This document shows positions 61,201 through 64,000 of a stretch of 64,000 nucleotides of DNA, piece by piece (positions within the stretch are counted from its first letter, which is position 1; each line of letters starts with the position of its first letter). The notes under the pieces are model-generated. The model saw nothing but the letters and a program-made list of their open reading frames with translations, was not told the DNA's origin and did no database searches. Position numbers and translations under genes: made by a program. Origin of the DNA: Dicyema japonicum (taxonomy: Eukaryota; Animalia; Dicyemida); contig RDEW01000010.1 in the NCBI GenBank assembly GCA_011109175.1, positions 1,206,796 to 1,270,795 on the forward strand, written 5' to 3'.

Positions 61201-63259
61201 GCTGGAACGGCTAGCATCGTCCTCAGAGCGAATTGAGATTAGCTCTTCAAACCGCCAGAAAAGGGATGAAGGTCAGAGTGCCCCATTAACAAATGTCAAT
61301 GGCGATGTCGTCAGTTACACGGAAAACCCTTCGACTTAGGCAAGGGAGACAGAAGTCAGACTGATTTCATCCACCATGAAGCTAGGCAGATATTTCGTGC
61401 AATTTAGGTGTGTCACCACCTCAACCTTACCCATTTGAAATGAAATTATTCCAAAGACCAACGGTAAGATCAAATAAACTAACACCCATGGTCCTGACGT
61501 GTCCCAGTAGAGCCCTCATCCAAGCAGTGACACAGAGGACATTGTCAAGGAAGCTGAGGTTGAAGCCAGAACTCGTCACCTTAGAGCGAAATAGTCTCAA
61601 ACTATCATATTTGGCTAACCAATTTATCGTCTTAACAAGTGACGCCTTCATCACTGAACATCTCACTGCAGAACCGGATCCTCTACAAAAAAACTCACAC
61701 CCAACAAAAAGAAAAAATAAGTGAGGAGCATCCACGGTTCCCCCTCTACGATTAATTATGCTAACTGTTCTTTACTTAAATAAGTGTGTCCTGTCTGGAG
61801 GAGCTATAGGTAACATGGCTCCGCGTAAAGTGCGGTATTTAAATTAACTATGTCACTAGGACCTTAGAGTCCATGTTACTCACATAATGACTGAATTGTG
61901 ATAATCCTGGAATTATCTATTCTTCTGAGTCGAATAATAGGAAATTGACGATTTTGCACGAATTTTTATAAATTCATTTGTCTCAGTACCACTGTACTGT
62001 TCGACGATACAATCAAATCTAAGGATAAAATCTCATCAAATTTCCTTCAAGTCCACTGAACTGTTTAACTCAAAAAACTCCAAAAATTTAAATAAACATA
62101 AATGAAGGTCAAATGTGGAAAATTAACGACCTGTTAGTAACATCAGCCTTACGAGCTGTTGACTATGAGGGTTTTTTTGGTATAACCCTTTATTTCTTCC
62201 AAAGTCAAAATTTTCCCCTAAATAATGGTTAAAGGAGAATTACAGTTCTAATCCATTCCAATAATCTGTGACGTGTCCAAAACTCGCCTAAAATAATTTA
62301 TGTCCAAAACTCTGATTTGAATCCGCCATTTTTCTAGGGCATCAATCCAATTATTAAGGATTCACGTAATTATAATAAAAATTATATTACATTTTTTTGT
62401 TTAAAATAAATATTAATTTAAAAATTTAACTAATTTAATATTATTATTTAATTGTTTGCATGCCCTGTTTAACTCCTTCAGTGTTCTGGACAAATACTGA
62501 GATTACGAGTATTCAGAAAAAGGAGTACAAAATGACAGATCATTGGATCACTTGGAAGAAACTTGTCTCGTCAAATACTCCGGAAGCCCAGTGACAGTCA
62601 CTGTAAGCGATGTTGGAAGGCAGGGCGGTCAGTATCAAATCTCATAATATCCTTCTTTTGATTATTTCAGTTCGAACCTCAAAATGTGTGAGTTGTGGGA
62701 AAGTAGGGTGGTCAAGGCCAGCTGTCAAGGTCAATAGATAAATAACTGGGCTTTGTGATTGTGATTATCCAAGACGTGAGATTCAAAACAGCGTCAATTT
62801 CCTTTGTCGGAGATTTCATTCTTCGTCACTCTCAGAAGAGTCCACAAGAAGCAATGACTGTGATCTCCTGCATTTCTGCAAAGAACCAAGAAACTCGTTT
62901 TGTAACGAAATCGTTCATGTGGAGGAATCTAGATCAACCCTGAGAAGGGAACCCCTATTGAGTTTCTTTACAGACATTTGCGAGGGTACTTCTAGAAAAC
63001 TGTAGGATCGCTGGTGGACCATTCTAGAAGAATTCTGAAATTGCGAGAGGCTGAGATTAGTAGTTAGTTTTGTCTACCACCTCCCTTCTCGGTGGTCTTT
63101 GGGTGAGAGACTGGAGTTATCAGCCAACACACTGCAATGGAGGTTGAAAACCTCTCAGGAACAGGGAGATGAGAGGTGCCAACTAGAAATGCCTGTTCAA
63201 GAACATTGGGGTTGTGGTATGAAGGGGTATCTCTACATCTACCCTGGCTGCTTGTGGTT

Positions 63260-64000
63260 CCTACTAAGGGGCTTCATTTGACTTAAAGAAATCAAACAAA
63301 CCTCTCTATTTTGAATTTTAGGACGATGACTTGCGGAGGAGCTCAACATGTCTCCCAATGTTTCCTAAATAAGCTAAGCGAGAAACTTACATTTCTGATA
63401 TACTGGGGTCCGCTAATGGGGGGACACATTTCTCAAAATTACAACTTTCGCTAATTTAGAGCCAATTATTGGGGTATTTGATTCTTGCAGTGGAATTTGG
63501 TTTGTCCAAATAGCTTAAAGCACTACAGTCGTCCCCCATGATGAATTTTCTGGAGAACTCATTTTCCTAAGAAGTTGTTGTCTCCCTTACGAATGATTTA
63601 AAGGAGGAAAATTTATTCCTCTAATCCCCCTTAAATTGGAAACCCATTTTATTAGTTGATTTACAATTTAGCGGAATTAAACGGGAATGAAAGAAATGAG
63701 GTGGGTCCTGAGCAACCCTTTTTCTGAGAGGAGGAAGGTTGTTAAGACGATTAAAATAGGTAAATGTCCCAGTGGTTCAGAGTGAGCAGAGATTTCGAGC
63801 ATCTCTTCAGAAATGATAATGTCCACAAGGTAAATGGCGAGTGCTACTCTGATGACCTTGGGAGTTTGGATTCTGAAGTATTTATCTTAGAGTGTACCCA
63901 TAATGATTTACTGTCTCTCAGGGTTGTTTGACACGAACAGACAAAAGGTCGTGAAGTCTTTCGGCCCAGGTGAGATTATTCGGCGGAATGAAGATTTTAA
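63260..64000 (-). other. Probable spliced gene fragment of unknown product running off the window end
   Basis: Several minus-strand micro-intron-like segments (GTAAGTTTCTCGCTTAGCTTATTTAG, GTAAGGGAGACAACAACTTCTTAG, GTTTGTTTGATTTCTTTAAG); no continuous frame or domain recognised. Confidence 0.3.

Overview
Eukaryotic, animal-type genomic DNA, AT-rich, with no prokaryotic features. The ORF track is misleading because real genes are cut by many GT-AG micro-introns, mostly 20-30 nt. Splicing by hand gives NEK1 (5'-partial), LIN52, JHY, an SLC44/CTL choline-transporter-like gene or pseudogene plus a partial duplicate with a fold-back arm, NAA35, IFT74, a REEP1-4-type gene, a TGF-beta-receptor-like probable pseudokinase and a small TCF20/RAI1-type ePHD gene. 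Ciliary genes, a TGF-beta receptor and ~22-25 nt introns best fit a dicyemid or similar reduced ciliated metazoan parasite; this is inference. Most genes abut ~70-150 bp near-pure A/T islands. Intergenic DNA is a mosaic of heavily deleted transposon pieces (hAT, Ginger-like, Tc1/IS630, Jockey/I-like, RTE-like, R4-like, CRE-like) and several short retroposon families, including a tRNA-headed SINE with 7 copies. Leading candidates for something new: (i) a 3'-terminal hairpin conserved in structure but not in sequence across unrelated retroposon families; (ii) a nested pseudoknot with HDV-like helix order shared by two families; (iii) apparently length-defined micro-intron splicing with a candidate GT-GG intron in IFT74; (iv) a gene-derived long hairpin locus. 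Single-base frameshifts in several conserved genes suggest residual assembly indels, so single-base claims need read-level confirmation.
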